A stretch of 64,000 nucleotides of DNA from Chrysomallon squamiferum (GCA_012295275.1 CM022678.1:2728001-2792000), one strand, 5' to 3'; positions 1 through 16,052 are shown, counted from the stretch's first letter. Notes: a model not told the origin generated them from the sequence alone. Program-made: numbers and translations.

Positions 1-357
1 CTTAAAGAAAAGACTGATTTGACTGAACCTAAACGTATGAAGTCAAAATATGATTCACAAGATGGAAATAACGTGGATGGAAACACTTCTGAAACGTGTC
101 CTATCTGCATGGATGTCATCAGCAAACCAGTAAAACTTTCTAAATGTGGCCATGTATTCTGCAAGGACTGTATTCAACGATGTTTTACAGACTTCAAGCC
201 TGTGTGTCCCAGTTGTAACACCATATATGGAGAACTGTCAGGAAACCAGCCAAAGGGTCACATGTCATATGAAATTGACCAGTTAAGCAGTCTGCCTGGT
301 CATCCTGGTTATGGAACTATTATCATAACATACCACTTCCGTGATGGTGTTCAAGGA
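1..357 (+). CDS. Gene A exon: RING-HC and start of DTC domain
   Basis: Open frame from base 1; C3HC4 RING; donor GGA|GTCAGT at 357/358. Confidence 0.9.
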
Positions 358-528
358 GTCAGTACTAATCTCTCTCTCTGTCTGTCTCTGACTCCCTGTA
401 TTTCTGTCTCTGTCTCTGTGTTTCTGTCTGTGTGTTTGTTTCTCTCTGTGTGTGTGTGTGTGTCTCTCTCTGTGTTTTTCTGTGTATCTGTCTCTCTCTT
501 TTTAAATTTCAAATTTCTGATTTGTAAA

Positions 529-572
<44 letters not shown>

Positions 573-1055
573 TTATTATTATTATTATTTTATTTATTAT
601 TATTATTTTAAGTTTTGTAAATTCGATCTTTGTAAATTTAAACTGATCTTCTTTATTAAAAAGTGTTAAATTGCTGTAATCATAAATAGTTTCTGATACA
701 ATTATTCATCAGAGCTTTGTTTCTCAAACACTCCAGTGAAAACAAAATCTGTGCCAGTACTGCATCACTGTTATATAATAACAATTGCAAGAGTTATTTC
801 ACAAGTTAAAACAGACAAAATAATTTAAATTTTTCATTTAAATAGTCATTTACTTTAGTGATTCCTTTTTTAAAAATTTCTTCTTCTTTTTATTATAGTG
901 TTAGTATTTCTTTGTTAATATGTATTTCTATGTTCTTGGGTTTTTTTAGATAATTTTTATTTATTTATTTTATTTTTTTGTTGTGTATGTGTGTATATTT
1001 AGCAATTGAACTTTTCCTTTCATCTTTGCATGATCATCAATTTCTCCACTTTCAG

Positions 1056-3200
<2,145 letters not shown>

Positions 3201-3268
3201 AGGTTTTTTTTATGTGTTTTTCAGATAGAGTTCATTTAACAGTTTCAAATTTTTTTTTTTTTTTCCAG

Positions 3269-3350
3269 ATATGGATATCCCGATCCAACCTATCTCTCTC
3301 GTGTTAAATCTGAGCTTGAAGCAAAGGGAATTACTGAAGCCGATTTGTAA
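3269..3350 (+). CDS. Gene A terminal exon (DTC C-terminus)
   Basis: Acceptor TTCCAG|A; [16 protein letters not shown], stop TAA at 3348-3350. Confidence 0.85.
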
Positions 3351-5564
3351 AGGTCAAAAAAAAAAAGTTAAAATTTTCATCAGTTCCTCCATTAACTTTA
3401 CTACTTAGCTGTGTCAGAATGAGAGCAGCGTTAATTCAGGATTATAATTATACTTTTATAGTATTTATAGTATCGATAATATAGAACGATGTTATATACA
3501 CTTTTACGTGCTTTTAATTAATTAAAAACAAACTTACATAGTATTTGTTGACAGTGGTACTTCTCCGATGTATTCCATGTTTCGTATATTAAATAAACAC
3601 TGAAATCTAAAAGAACATCAAATTAGTGAAAACTAATAAAATGAACATTTCCGACATGTTAGTTAACGCTCCATACGTCACAAACTCATTTAGAATTATC
3701 TCCCCTGTCACAAGAGGGAGAATAAAGAGAACTTCAGGAATCTCAGTGTAAATATCGGGAAGCACGGTGGTGGGAAATTCACAGAGGTGTTGTGGATGTT
3801 GGGGTCAGTGGATCTACCTGAATCAGACCATGGAGGATTACGATATTAAGGAAGATGAATGGAAAGATGTGAAATCTGCAAGTGTTGCATAATATCAACA
3901 CACAGACTCAAACATAAAGAAACATACAGTAACACAGACACGCATACAAACATTCATATCTGCAGACATTTATACATACACATACATTTTTCATTAATAT
4001 AAATGAAAGATATCAGTTATATGTCTACATATACGTACGCATGATATGTGCTAATTGTATTTTGTTTATGTTTATATCGAAATCTATGTGCGTGTAAAAA
4101 TTGTCAATTTCCTTTTGACATGCATATAACATATATATATAAAGATTAACAAAATAGATATATGTACAAATATCAAAACATTGTCTTTGAATGCCTTCTA
4201 AAAAGAAATCTCTACAGACTTTTGTTTAAACCCAGTACAACGATCCGAAAGCAGAATTTGTATTTGTTGCAGTTATCAGTTTAGTTTGACAACATTGTGT
4301 GCGTGATAATTTTAATTATAAAAAGTGGATTAAAGCCTGGTAGGTACAAATTATTTAATTAGAAATTCATACTCTATAATATTTACTTTTATGATGGTAG
4401 CACAATAATAAACAGGTTTATTTTACAGGGGTTTGTTCTTTTTTATCTGTTATAAGAACTCATCAAAGTGTTGAGAGTATTTTTGTGGTTCTGTCTTTTA
4501 AGTAAAAAATACGTGTGTATGTGTTTATGTGTGAGTCTGCGTGTATGTGCATGTGTGTAGTGTGTTAACCTGTGTATTCAGTAGTGTTTTTGAAGTCTTA
4601 TAAAGTTCGTCAGTATCCAGAATCTACATTTTTAGCCAAAGTGGGCGTGACCACCAACCTTTGAACCTTCATATCTCAGGAACTACTGGAAGAATGTTCA
4701 TAAAATTGGTATTGTTGAAAAGGCAATATGACAAGGATTGGAAATCTGTTATTGTTCAGTTTGGAAAATGATAATATGGTGACGTTGTGCATCATGTGAC
4801 ATTGAGATGACCTATTGAAATTTAATCTCCCACATGTTAACTAAAACATATAAAAGATTGTTTGTTTATTATATAGATTTAAAAATGCATTCCTCCACGG
4901 ATGATTGAATTACAATGTACACTTTCTACACCACCACCCTAAAACTCATCTTTGGAGTCAAAACCCACCTGACATGTCTGAAGGAATGCCTGAAGGATTT
5001 GAAAAGATTCCAGATGTTCCTAACTATTTCTACCAGTACTACATCTTCTACTAACACTATTATCAGTGATGCTACAGTAGTAGTTGTTACAATAGCAGTA
5101 CTAGAAGTAACTCGGATCCAGTTATTACCAGCACCTCCACTACTAGTACGACTTCTACTACTACTGCTACTACTACTACTACTACTACTACTACTAATAC
5201 TACCATCACCACCACCACTGATATTACGTCTACAACGACCAATACTTCTACCATTACTACTGTTACTAATGGTGCTATTACTACTTTTATTATTAGAACA
5301 ACCACTACACCATTATATCAACAACTACTACAATAGCTATTTTTTGTTTTGCTACTTCTACTGACACTACTTATTCTGCTACTAGCACTATAATTAGTCC
5401 TACCACATCTTCTAGTACTACTAATTATACTAACACTCCCTCTACATTGCCATTATATCTCCTACTACTTATTGCCACCACTACTACTACTACGTCTATG
5501 ACACTACTTCCACGATTTCTACTACTACTTGTAAGATTAATATTGCTTTAATTATCATTGTGAC

Positions 5565-6300
5565 CCGTATAAAAATAACAACAGTTTTGTTAACCTGTGC
5601 CAACATGAAGAGGATTTTGGGTTTGAAGGTGAATGGAACTTTTCTGACAAGCCACAGAAAAAGTGCCTGTGATGGAATTGAGGGGATGGTGAAGATGTTG
5701 CTGACAAAGGTCCGTTTGCAGCGTCCCAACAAAGACCCAGTCCTGACCAGTGAGGCTATCATGGACTTCTGCATCAAGAGTATTCCAGGAATTTACGTTT
5801 TCAACATCACACCAGAACGCATAGCAAAACATGAGTTGGAACTGCAAGGGAGGTTTCAAGTGGCCAAAACAGTCAACGGAACACAGCAGTTTATCCAGGT
5901 AGTTCCTGAGCCTGCAGAGTGACCCACCAGAACTAGTATCTGTCCAGGATTCTGAGGATGATATGACAGAGTTACCACAGGAGCCTTCTATTGAAGCTAG
6001 GAAGCAAAACTATGTTTGTTGTCTGTATGACAATGAGGCATGGGTTGGGCCAGTTGAGGACATTTCAGAAGAGCATGGCGACTTCTTTATTCCTTTCATG
6101 CACCCTCACGGACCTTCTAATTTATTTCACTGGCCAAACAAAGAAGACACTTGTTGGATTACCGAAAGGGACATCTTCTGTGTCATTGATACACCTTCTG
6201 TTGCATCTTCTCGGCGGATGTACTCTCTGAGTAAAAAAAGGATGATGCTAGAACTGCAAGACTATGGGGGAAGTGGGTGACTGAATGATTCTGTGACTGC
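5565..6300 (+). mobile_element. Degenerate DNA-transposase C-terminal fragment (SHGKxxCDGxGG family; superfamily uncertain, possibly Sola-like)
   Basis: Across frameshifts it reads YKNNNSFVNLCQHEEDFGFEGEWNF-TSHRKSACDGIEGMVK..LQRP..TQQF and YVCCLYDNEAWVG..FMHPHGPSNLFHWP..EDTCW, motifs I recognise from an invertebrate DDE-type transposase family. Confidence 0.6.
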
Positions 6301-7956
6301 TGAACTGGTGACAAGGCAATGAGGAAATTAGTTTGATATGATATGATCATACATGTAGGTCTACAATGTCTTACTCTGTGATCAAGAGAGATGATGATAC
6401 CTAGCATCAGGAACTGGTCATTCGGGTTTTAGGTAATCAGATCTTAATGGCAGATAACGTGTTATTTTCATGGACATGCTAAACATATATGCTTACACGC
6501 ATACATACATACATACATACACACACACAGATACATACTTACATACATACATACATAAATACACACACACACATACATATAGACACACACATACATATAT
6601 GGTTTCTTCCCTACGTAGGAGTGCTAGTGTGTTAGAGAATATTTTGAATACATACATGCATGTATACACCCGCACCCACCCGCCCCCTCACACATGCACA
6701 GATAAATACATACAGACATACAAACATACATATAAACACAAACACACACTGACATACATAGATAAAATCACATAAAAATGCATACATACACACATACATA
6801 TATAAAAACAGTAAATTCAAAAACACCTAAACACAGTACAAATAATGTATTTATTTGTTAAATTTATTTATTTACATCTTTTTTTTTTTTTTTTGCTAAA
6901 AATAATAGTTCCACAAAACTAAAATAAATACTTTTTACAAAAAAGTACGTACACAAAATTTTATTAAAATTTAAAAGTAAAGGGTTGTTCAGTGTCACAT
7001 TACACAATCTGTATTTGCGCTGAAAAGCTGTCACGTGTTATCAGCTGACCGTGACGTCACTATTTAGGTCGATTCAAATACAACCAAAGAATTCTTGTCG
7101 GTGATTTTATGATGGGGGGGGTGAGGGTATTGAGTTGCTTCTTGTAGCGTGTAAGTACTTGTTAGGTACCAGCGAACACGAACCGTAAAACAAAAATTAT
7201 TGTTAAATCGATGGGAATCGATGGGAGAAAAAAAAAAGAAAAAAAGAGGAAGAAACAAAACGGTAGAGATCTGTCTTTGGCGCGCAACCAGTGATATTCA
7301 TTCACTGTATCAGGGGTGGCCAAAAAAATATCGTGTATGTATGCATTTTTATGTGATTTTATTTATGTATGTTATGTATGTTTGTCTTTAGACATGTATT
7401 TATAGATTCAGATAGGTGTATGTATATGCATATTTAGGTATCTCAGCATGCGTTTGTTTCTATGTATGTTTCTATATTTGTATGTGTGTGTGTGTGTGTG
7501 TGTGTGTGCGCGTGTGTATGTATTCACACAGGCAATATTCAGGAACACACTAGCACTGGTAGGCTGGGAAGAAGGCATGTATGTATATGTGTATGTATAT
7601 GTGTATGTATATATGTATGATAGTAATTATTTCGTCATGTTTCAAACAGAAATGAGAAGTTAAATATCCTTAAAACTAACCAGATGTTTACTTGAAAAAA
7701 AAAGAAAAAACATTTCGTGACAACTTGATATGTGCCTATGTACGGGGAGGGATGGTGATCGACGTTTCGCAGTAATCCCAGAAAACAATTAAAAAAAATT
7801 CGACTTGAAGCAGCGCAATGTAAAATTCAAATGTCGCGGGCGAACTTGTTTGTGAGCGCGGAGGAAGAATACGCCGTTATGCGGCGTTTGTTTGGCACCA
7901 GCGGGATCGCTTTGGTCCCAGAGACAGGCAAACAGTTTCTCAGAGATCTAGAGAAA

Positions 7957-10900
7957 AGAAAGTGTGTGTGTGTGTGTGAATGTAAGTGTGTGTCAGGCTG
8001 AGGGTAGTAGAAAGTGTGTGTGTGAATGTAAGTGTGTGTCAGTCTGAGGGTAGTAGAAAGTGTGTGTGAGGCTGAGGGTAGTAGAAAGTGTGTGTGAGGC
8101 TGAGGGTAGTAGAAAGTGTGTGTGAGGCTGAGGGTAGTAGAAAGTGTGTGTGTATGTGTGTGAGGCTGAGGGTAGTAGAAAGTGTGTGTGTGTGTGAATG
8201 TAAGTGTGTGTCAGGCTGAGGGTAGTAGAAAGTGTGTGTGTGTGTGAATGTAAGTGTGTGTCAGGCTGAGGGTAGTAGAAAGTGTGTGTGTGAATGTAAG
8301 TGTGTGTCAGGCTGAGGGTAGTAGAAAGTGTGTGTGTGTGAATGTAAGTGTGTGTCAGGCTGAGGGTAGTAGAAAGTGTGTGTGTGTGTGTGTGAATGTA
8401 AGTGTGTGTCAGGCTGGGGTGAGTAGAAAGTGTGTGTGTGTGAATGTAAGTGTGTGTCAGGCTGAGGGTAGTAGAAAGTGTGTGTGTGTGAATGTAAGTG
8501 TGTGTGTCAGGCTGATGTTAGTAGAAAGTGTGTGTGTGTGAATGTAAGTGTGTGTCAGGCTGATGTTAGTAGAAAGTGTGTGTGTGTGAATGTAAGTGTG
8601 TGTCAGGCTGAGGGTAGTAGAAAGTGTGTGTGTGAATGTAAGTGTGTGTCAGGCTGAGGGTAGTAGAAAGTGTGTGTGTGAATGTAAGTGTGTGTCAGGC
8701 TGAGGGTAGTAGAAAGTGTGTGTGTGAATGTAAGTGTGTGTCAGGCTGAGGGTAGTAGAAAGTGTGTGTGTGTGTGAATGTAAGTGTGTGTCAGGCTGAG
8801 GGTAGTAGAAAGTGTGTGTGTGTGTGAATGTAAGTGTGTGTCAGGCTGAGGGGTAGTAGAAAGTGTGTGTGTGTGAATGTAAGTGTGTGTGTCAGGCTGA
8901 GGGTAGTAGAAAGTGTGTGTGTGTGTGTGATGTAAAGTGTGTGTGTCAGGCTGAGGGTAGTAGAAAGTGTGTGTGTGTGTGTGAATGTAAGTGTGTGTCA
9001 GGCTGAGGGTAGTAGAAAGTGTGTGTGTGTGAATGTAAGTGTGTGTCAGGCTGAGGGAAGTAGAAAGTGTGTGTGTGTGAATGTAAGTGTGTGTCAGGCT
9101 GATGTTAGTAGAAAGTGTGTGTGTGTGAATGTAAGTGTGTGTCAGGCTGAGGGTAGTAGAAAGTGTGTGTGTGTGAATGTAAGTGTGTGTCAGGCTGAGG
9201 GTAGTAGAAAGTGTGTGTGTGAATGTATGAAAGGCTGAAAGTGTGTGTGTGAGGAACGTGTGTGTGGGCTGAGGGTAGTAGAAAGTGTGTGTGTGTGAAT
9301 GGGGTGTGTGTCAGGCTGAGGGTAAGTAGAAAGTGTGTCAGGCTGAGGGTAGTAGAAAGTGTCAAGGCTGAAAGTAGAAAGTGTGTGTGTGTGTGAATGT
9401 AAAAGTGTGTGTCAGGCTGAGGGTGTAGAAAGAAATGTGTGTGTGTGAATGTAAGTGTGTGTCAGGCTGAAAAGTGTGTGTGTGTGTGAATGTAAGTGTG
9501 TGTCAGGCTGAGGGTAGTAGAAAGAAAGTGTGTGTGTGAATGTGTGTGTCAAAAATGTTAGTAGAAAGTGTGTGTGTGTGTGAATGTAAGTGTGTGTCAG
9601 GCTGAGGGTAGTAGAAAGTGTGTGTGTGTGAATGTAAGTGTGTGTCAGGCTGATGTTAGTAGAAAGTGTGTGTGTGTGAATGTAAGTGTGTGTCAGGCTG
9701 AGGGTAGTAGAAAGTGTGTGTGTGTGAATGTAAGTGTGTGTCAGGCTGATGTTAGTAGAAAGTGTGTGTGTGTGAATGTAAGTGTGTCAGGCTGAGGGTA
9801 GTAGAAAGTGTGTGTGTGTGAATGTAAGTGTGTGTCAGGCTGAGGGTAGTAGAAAGTGTGTGTGTGTGAATGTAAGTGTGTGTCAGGCTGAGGGTAGTAG
9901 AAAGTGTGTGTGTGTGAATGTAAGTGTGTGTCAGGCTGATGTTAGTAGAAAGTGTGTGTGTGTGAATGTAAAGTGTGTGTCAGGCTGATGTTAGTAGAAA
10001 AGTGTGTGTGTGTGTGAATGTAAAAAGTGTCAGGCTGAGGGTAGTAGAAAGTGTGTGTGTGTGAATGTAAGTGTGTGTCAGGCTGAGGGGTGGGTAGAAA
10101 GTGTGTGTGTGTGAATGTAAGTGTGTGTCAGGCTGAGGGTAGTAGAAAGTGTGTGTCAGGCTGAGGGTAGTAGAAAGTGTGTGTGTGTGAATGTAAGTGT
10201 GTGTCAGGCTGAGGGTAGTAGAAAGTGTGTGTGTGTGAATGTAAGTGTGTGTCAGGCTGAGGGTTGTAGAAAGTGTGTGTGTGTGAATGTAAGTGTGTGT
10301 CAGGCTGAGGGTAGTAGAAAGTGTGTGTGTGAATGTAAGTGTGTGTCAGGCTGAGGGTAGTAGAAAGTGTGTGTGTGTGAATGTAAAAAATGTGTGTGTC
10401 AGGCTGAGGGTAGTAGAAAGTGTGTCAGGCTGAGGGTAAAAGTGTGTGTGTGTGAATGTAAGTGTGTGTCAGGCTGAGGGTAATAAAGAAAGTGTGTGTG
10501 TGTGAATGTAAGTGTGTGTCAGGCTGAGGGTTGTAGAAAAGTGTGTGTGTGTGTGTGAATGTAAGTGTGTGTCAGGCTGAGGGTAGTAGAAAAGTGTGTG
10601 TGTGTGAATGTAAGTGTGTGTCAGGCTGAGGGTAGTAGAAAGTGTGTGTGTGTGTGAATGTAAAAGTGTGTGTGTCAAAAATGAGGGTAGTAAAAGTGTG
10701 TGTGTGTGTGAATGTAAAAAAATGTGTCCAGGCTGAAAAGGGTAGTAGAACGTGTGTGTGTGTGAATGTAAGTGTGTCAGGCTGAGGGTAGTAGAAAGTG
10801 TGTGTGTGAATGTAAGTGTGTGTCAGGCTGAGGGTAGTAGAAAGTGTGTGTGTGAATGTAAGTGTGTGTCAGGCTGAGGGTAGTAGAAAGTGTGTGTGTG

Positions 10901-10986
10901 TGAATGTAAGTGTGTGTCAGGCTGAGGGTAGTAGAAAGTGTGGGTGTGAATGTAAGTGTGTGTCAGGCTGAGGGTAGTAGAAAGTG
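7957..10986. repeat. TG-rich minisatellite, ~43-49 bp unit GAATGTAAGTGTGTGTCAGGCTGAGGGTAGTAGAAAGTG(TG)n
   Basis: Dozens of head-to-tail units visible directly; length variation lies in the TG tract. Confidence 0.97.
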
Positions 10987-11727
10987 CTTGTTCTCGAGGG
11001 GCGATGGCTGCCGTACGGTTGCTATGGGTTCCTTCTTAGCCCATGGGCCCCGGAACAAACAAAAAACCGGCAGGATCACCCTCTCTTTGGGTACCGTCTG
11101 CTGTGTTTACATCCGCTCTTTCACTTTTGTGTTTGTGTTGTTTTTTTGTTTTTTTGTGTGATTTTTTACCCTTCAATGCGGCTCTCAAACGTAAGGCAGA
11201 CCTGGCCTAGTTCAATTTCTTGATATAAATATCTATCTATATGTATGTATGACTTAAGGTGTTTTATGTTAGGTAAGTGACTTAGGCTGTTGTGACTTGC
11301 ATTGAAAAACAGCGTGACGTCAGTCCGTACGAATGGATGTCCGATGTAATTCAAGGACCCCCTAAATATATTTATATAGACTTGTATTTTATTTAGATAA
11401 GATCTTGATTAAAAACAAACCAACGATCAGTACACTGGTGTCTATAGGAAACGGAACATTGCCCCATACGTCAATGTCAAGCTGTTTCTGAAACGTTAAA
11501 TACAACTAGTTGAATAGATAATGTGTTTGATAGTCCTCTATAGTGTTATCGCATATGTTAAAATCTCCTTCAAGTCTTTCCATATACTGGATATACATAC
11601 AATGTAGCTACAGAAAAAAAAAAAAATAAAGAAAAAGAATAACTAACTAACTAATTCACTAAATAAATAAATCAATCAATAAAACCACTTTTAAAAACCG
11701 GATATTTTGAACGAAAGTAGTTCGTGA

Positions 11728-11982
11728 TTTGGCGCGAAAAATCTGATTGGTCTGTTTTGTTGAATCTCGTTTATGTTATTTAGGGCACAACGATAAAATG
11801 AAAAAATAATGTAATTAAATGCTACATGCTGTTTTACAAGTGCCTTATTAAAACAAAGTATACAAGTAAAATCATAAATAAATTTTGTAGCCATATCGTA
11901 TTTTATATTTTTATCTTTTTAAAACATGATTTCTCGGAAGTTTTTCTTTCGGGGAATTCCAGAAAAATTTCCTTTCTGTTTC
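11728..11982 (+). promoter_or_regulatory. Putative immune-inducible promoter of gene B: E2F-like site, CCAAT box, GAS, NF-kB and ISRE motifs
   Basis: TTTGGCGCGAAA 11728-11739; CTGATTGG near 11743; TTCTCGGAA 11931-11939; GGGGAATTCC 11951-11960; TTTCTGTTTC (GAAACAGAAA on the minus strand) 11973-11982. Confidence 0.55.
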
Positions 11983-13048
11983 GAGACTTTGTCGTACAGG
12001 GGACAGATAAAACAGATGAAGTTTGAATTTTATTTTGTTTCCATTCGTTCTTAAGGTATTAACTTTCATTACTTAAATTAATTATTAGTTAACGATTAAT
12101 TATTTTGATCACGTTTGTAACTTAGTTGTTTGTTTGTGGTTCGTATTTCTTTCGTCTCATCAAAGAAGTCAGGTATTGCGTTTCAAATTTGAAAATGTTG
12201 CATGTCGGGACTCGTTTACACACCTTCATTTATTAAATTTTGTTATGATTATTAATTTTCACTCGTTCAGTGTGTTTTGTTTAACTTCCCTGGAGTCCGT
12301 AGACAAACGCCTTACATGTACGTGCAGACAGCAAATGTTGTAAAAGAAAATCGAGAAAATGCAGCAAAATAAAATGTGGTTATTTTTGTACCATTTTCAT
12401 GATTTTGAAAGCTTTGGGCGCGATTTGTTGACTTTTACTTTTCAGCAATTTTCTTTCTCGTTCTTCTTTTTTTCTAATGTTATTACATTATTTTATTTGT
12501 TGTGAATTTTGTTAAAACGTATCTCTTTATAGGGATAATATAAAATGTGTAAATTTTGTTTAGAAAAGAAATAAAAACGTCAGTTTACAGAACATAAAGT
12601 CCTCTTTAGTAATTGTATGCATAGTATTTATCTGATTTAAGAATTTATATATTCTAGTATTTGTCTACTAAAGTAAGTTTATATCTAGTATTTGTCTTCT
12701 AAAGTATCTTTATATCTAGTATTTGTCTTCAGAATGATGAAATTGAATATCTAATATTTGTCTTCAGAAATAAGTAAGTAATATCTGACAAAACTCTATA
12801 ATTATAGAAATAAGTAAGTAATATCTGGCTAAACTCTATAATTATAGAAATAAGTAAGTAATATCTGGCTAAACTCTATAATTATAGAAATAAGTAACTA
12901 AATATCTAGCATGTCTGTACTGAATTAAGTAAGTTATGACTTAGTCTCACTGGTTTATCAGTGGCTATAATTTACTGAGTATGAGGAGGTTCCTCTAAAA
13001 TATCCCTTCTTGCTATTATGTTCCCTCTAATTTGCATGATTTTTACTA

Positions 13049-13171
<123 letters not shown>

Positions 13172-13189
13172 TATTTGTTTAATTCTCAG

Positions 13190-13642
13190 ACACTTCAGTG
13201 ACTATCAATGGTAACTTCGACATGTTAAGGTCATCACAAGGTCAAGAAGCACAGAAGGAGTTCACAACCAGGTGTGGACTGGATGTTGTTGTTTCTTGTG
13301 CTGATATATTTGAGTCTGGTGCCGAGGCTTTGGTTACCAGTGAGTTTCTGGATTTCTCTGAACCAAGTGTTGTAACTAAACAGTACTTTGAGAAAGAGGG
13401 AATAACTGAAGAAAAGTGGAAAAAGAGTTTGAAAATTCGGAATAGAGATGCTAATCTGTGGAAACTCTATGAAGCAGGACAACCCAGGAAAATTAAATTC
13501 AGACATGTTTTTCATGCAGTTATTGATAGTTACATCAGTGATAATTACTGGAGTTTGGATGTGAAAAGTGTCTTTGAAAATATTGACAGAGTAGCAGAAG
13601 AAAATGGATTATCTTCCATAGCAATGCCCATTTTTAAACGTG
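13190..13642 (+). CDS. Gene B exon: macrodomain N-half (M3/M4 type)
   Basis: [22 protein letters not shown]...HVFHAV...[10 protein letters not shown]; acceptor follows a (CT)n tract; donor CGTG|GTAAGT. Confidence 0.85.
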
Positions 13643-15473
13643 GTAAGTGAAGATCATTTGTTTTGTTTTGTTTGTAAATATGACATATCAGTATGGTATT
13701 TATTTATTTAGTGCTAGTATAGTTAAATATCTGTTATTTATTTATTTATGTTAGTTTTCTTTAAATGTTTATTTTTTTGTTTATTTTTTACATCATCATC
13801 ATATAGTAATAGTGTTACTACTGTTTGTTCATTGAAAAAAGAACTGTTAAAACAGTTAAGATAAAGTTTAAAATTTACAACAAAACAAAAATCAAAAAGA
13901 CTGTTTAATTGATAATTGTTACATTGATGATTTTCAGCTGGAGTTAAAGAAGACGTAGCAATACAGACAGTAACTGAGTGTCTGAGCAGTCTACAAACAT
14001 CATCGTCACTTAAAACAATCAACATTGTGACATCATCACCAGACGAATTTCAAAAGATTTGTGATGCCTGTTCGAAACCACTTTCTCTGAAGAATGAAAA
14101 TGTTGGTGTTGGTGCCAAACCTAAAACCAGCACATCTGGATCCAGCTCCAGTCATGAATCCAGTGTCACCAAAAGTGGATCTAGAGTTATTAAATCTGCT
14201 TCCAGTGTCACATACAGTGACAGTGTCACTAATTCTGCATCAAGGATGATAAAAAGAGGAAATAGTGTCACCGCAGATGGATCTAGTGTTGTGACAAGTA
14301 CAGCTTGGGTTACCAAGGATGGATCCAGGCTTGCAAGAAATAGATCTCGTAAGTCAGACTGGAAAATATGTGTGTCTATGTGTGTGTATGAATGTTTGTG
14401 TTTAGTGTTATGTATGTATGTGTGCATGGATGTGTGTGTGTATGTGTGTGTGCAAGAAGGTGTGTGTGTGTTCCTATAATGTGTCTGTATGAGTGTGTAT
14501 GCATGAAAATAAGTACTTTTATAGGTATGTTTCTCTGTGTTTGAGCATCTACATTTGTACATATGTTTGTGTTTCATAGTTATTATTTTTAAAGTAACTT
14601 CTTTTTTCTGTGTTTTTTTCTATAAATAAAAGGGTAATGGAAAATATTGTTCACATTCTAGGGACATAAACATTTTCAAATAGCCATAACTGTCAATTTA
14701 AGTATGTACTAATCTACATCTTCTACTGATTTAAATATATCATAGTCTACTTGTTTTGTTGTAGGTGAAACATCTACTACCATGACTGAACACACACTTC
14801 CAAACGGCTTCAAGTTTATCATACATCTTGACGACATTCTTAATGTTCGTGCTGATGCAGTAGTTACTGGAGAAAGTCCTGATTTGAGCATCAAGAGTTT
14901 TGTTACAGATGCTCTCTGTAAACGGGTAGGAATTCGTTTTGATGTGTGGAGAGATGATCTGTTTCGAAGATACGGGAAACTCAAATATGGAAAAGTTTAC
15001 GAAAGTTGTTTATATACAACTGCTCTACCATTTAAATACAGCCTCAGTGCCATAATGTATGTTTACAGAAGTGGACAAGATGAACTGTGGGCGACTGGAA
15101 TGAATGAAATCTATAGAAATATTGTGAAAAAGGCAGAAGATGTCTCTGCTACTTCTGTTGTCATGCCTCTGCTTGGAAGTGGTAAGAAAATAAATAAATA
15201 AGTAATACATCTGTCAGAAGTAAATATATAGATAATGAAATAAATAAAGTAAATTAATAAAAGGAATGGATATTACAATATTTCAATTGCAGCTGCTTAT
15301 TTATCAAACTCTGTTGTATGTTTTTTTTTCTGTTTATGGGAGAGTGCAGAGAAGTGATTTCTGTACAGCTAACTTGTAGATCTGAGTTTCTGGTGTTAAC
15401 ATCTGGGTAGTTTTTAATGAAAGCAGAGTATGGAAATGATGCCATTTAACTGTAGGTAATATGCACACACACA

Positions 15474-15534
<61 letters not shown>

Positions 15535-16052
15535 TATCATGGCCGTAACTAGAGTATTTTTGAAAAGAGGCAAATATACTTAATGGTGACAGCGAGAAGT
15601 CTGGGAGCTGTGTAAGAGAAAGATTTCCTCCCGCACCTCCCTGTTTATCATGGATATAAAGATTACTATGTTTAACCACTTACCTTTTAGTGTGTATAAA
15701 AGTTTAATACCCATAGGCCACGGCTGTGTGTGTGTGCGTGTGTGTGTGTATGTGTGTGTATGTGTATATGTACATGGAGTAGTTGTCAGTGTTTTGATAG
15801 TTAGGTAACAGAATGATGTCTTTTAACTGTAGATGAAAAAGAAAATATTAGAAATGTACATGGAGTGTTTTTTCTTGAACAGGCCGAGCTGGGGTTCCTG
15901 CTGAGCTGACAATTAAAGTTTTGCTGAATTCTTTGACAATGTTGTCTTCACACCGTTTGAAGAAAATTCATCTTGCCGTTATTGACGACAAATTATTCAA
16001 GATGGTTGACGACGAATGTAAACAGCTAACAAGTACAGCTGACAAGAATTAA
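13222..16052 (+). CDS. Gene B: two-macrodomain protein lacking RING/DTC (~472 aa)
   Basis: Exons 13190(ATG 13222)-13642, 13938-14348, 14765-15181 and 15883-16052, all GT-AG with phase-1 introns. Summed CDS is 1419 nt in frame with stop TAA at 16050-16052. Homologous to gene C macrodomains 3/4 and 5. The start codon is inferred. Confidence 0.7.
13938..14348 (+). CDS. Gene B exon: macrodomain C-half plus Ser/Thr-rich linker
   Basis: [27 protein letters not shown]; acceptor TTTCAG; donor TCTC|GTAAGT. Confidence 0.8.
14765..15181 (+). CDS. Gene B exon: macrodomain N-half (M5 type)
   Basis: [19 protein letters not shown]...[10 protein letters not shown]; donor AGTG|GTAAGA. Confidence 0.85.
15883..16052 (+). 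CDS. Gene B terminal exon: macrodomain C-half with new stop
   Basis: [48 protein letters not shown]; homologous to 32122-32316 up to CAGCTAACAA. Confidence 0.8.

Larger units (their letters stand above)
3370..12394 (+). repeat. Segmental duplication copy 1 (downstream region of A through promoter/5' region of B)
   Basis: Colinear high identity with 16053-21347, from TTTTCATCAG..GCTGTGTCAGAATGAGAGCAGCG to AAAATGTGGTTATTT.TGTACCAT. Confidence 0.9.

Noticed and set aside
358-669. Hydrophobic/poly-Tyr C-terminal extension of the RING ORF suggesting a transmembrane anchor
   Set aside because: Intron read-through past the GT donor at 358; the paralogous intron in C lacks it.
4915-5364. Leu-rich membrane-like ORF (also 17806-18132, 40295-40912, 59753-59974)
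   Set aside because: Translations of (CTA)n/(TTA)n/(TTG)n microsatellite-rich DNA, with no domain motifs or splice-consistent context.
7957-10986. Regularly spaced repeats resembling a CRISPR array, and Cys/Val-rich ORFs (CVCVNVSVCQAEGSRK)
   Set aside because: No unique spacers, only variable TG tracts; eukaryotic context with no cas genes. The ORFs are translations of a minisatellite.
11691-12343. Short ORFs conserved between the duplicate copies (11826, 12134 / 20779, 21045)
   Set aside because: Conservation is explained by recent segmental duplication of a promoter/first-intron region; no recognisable protein features.
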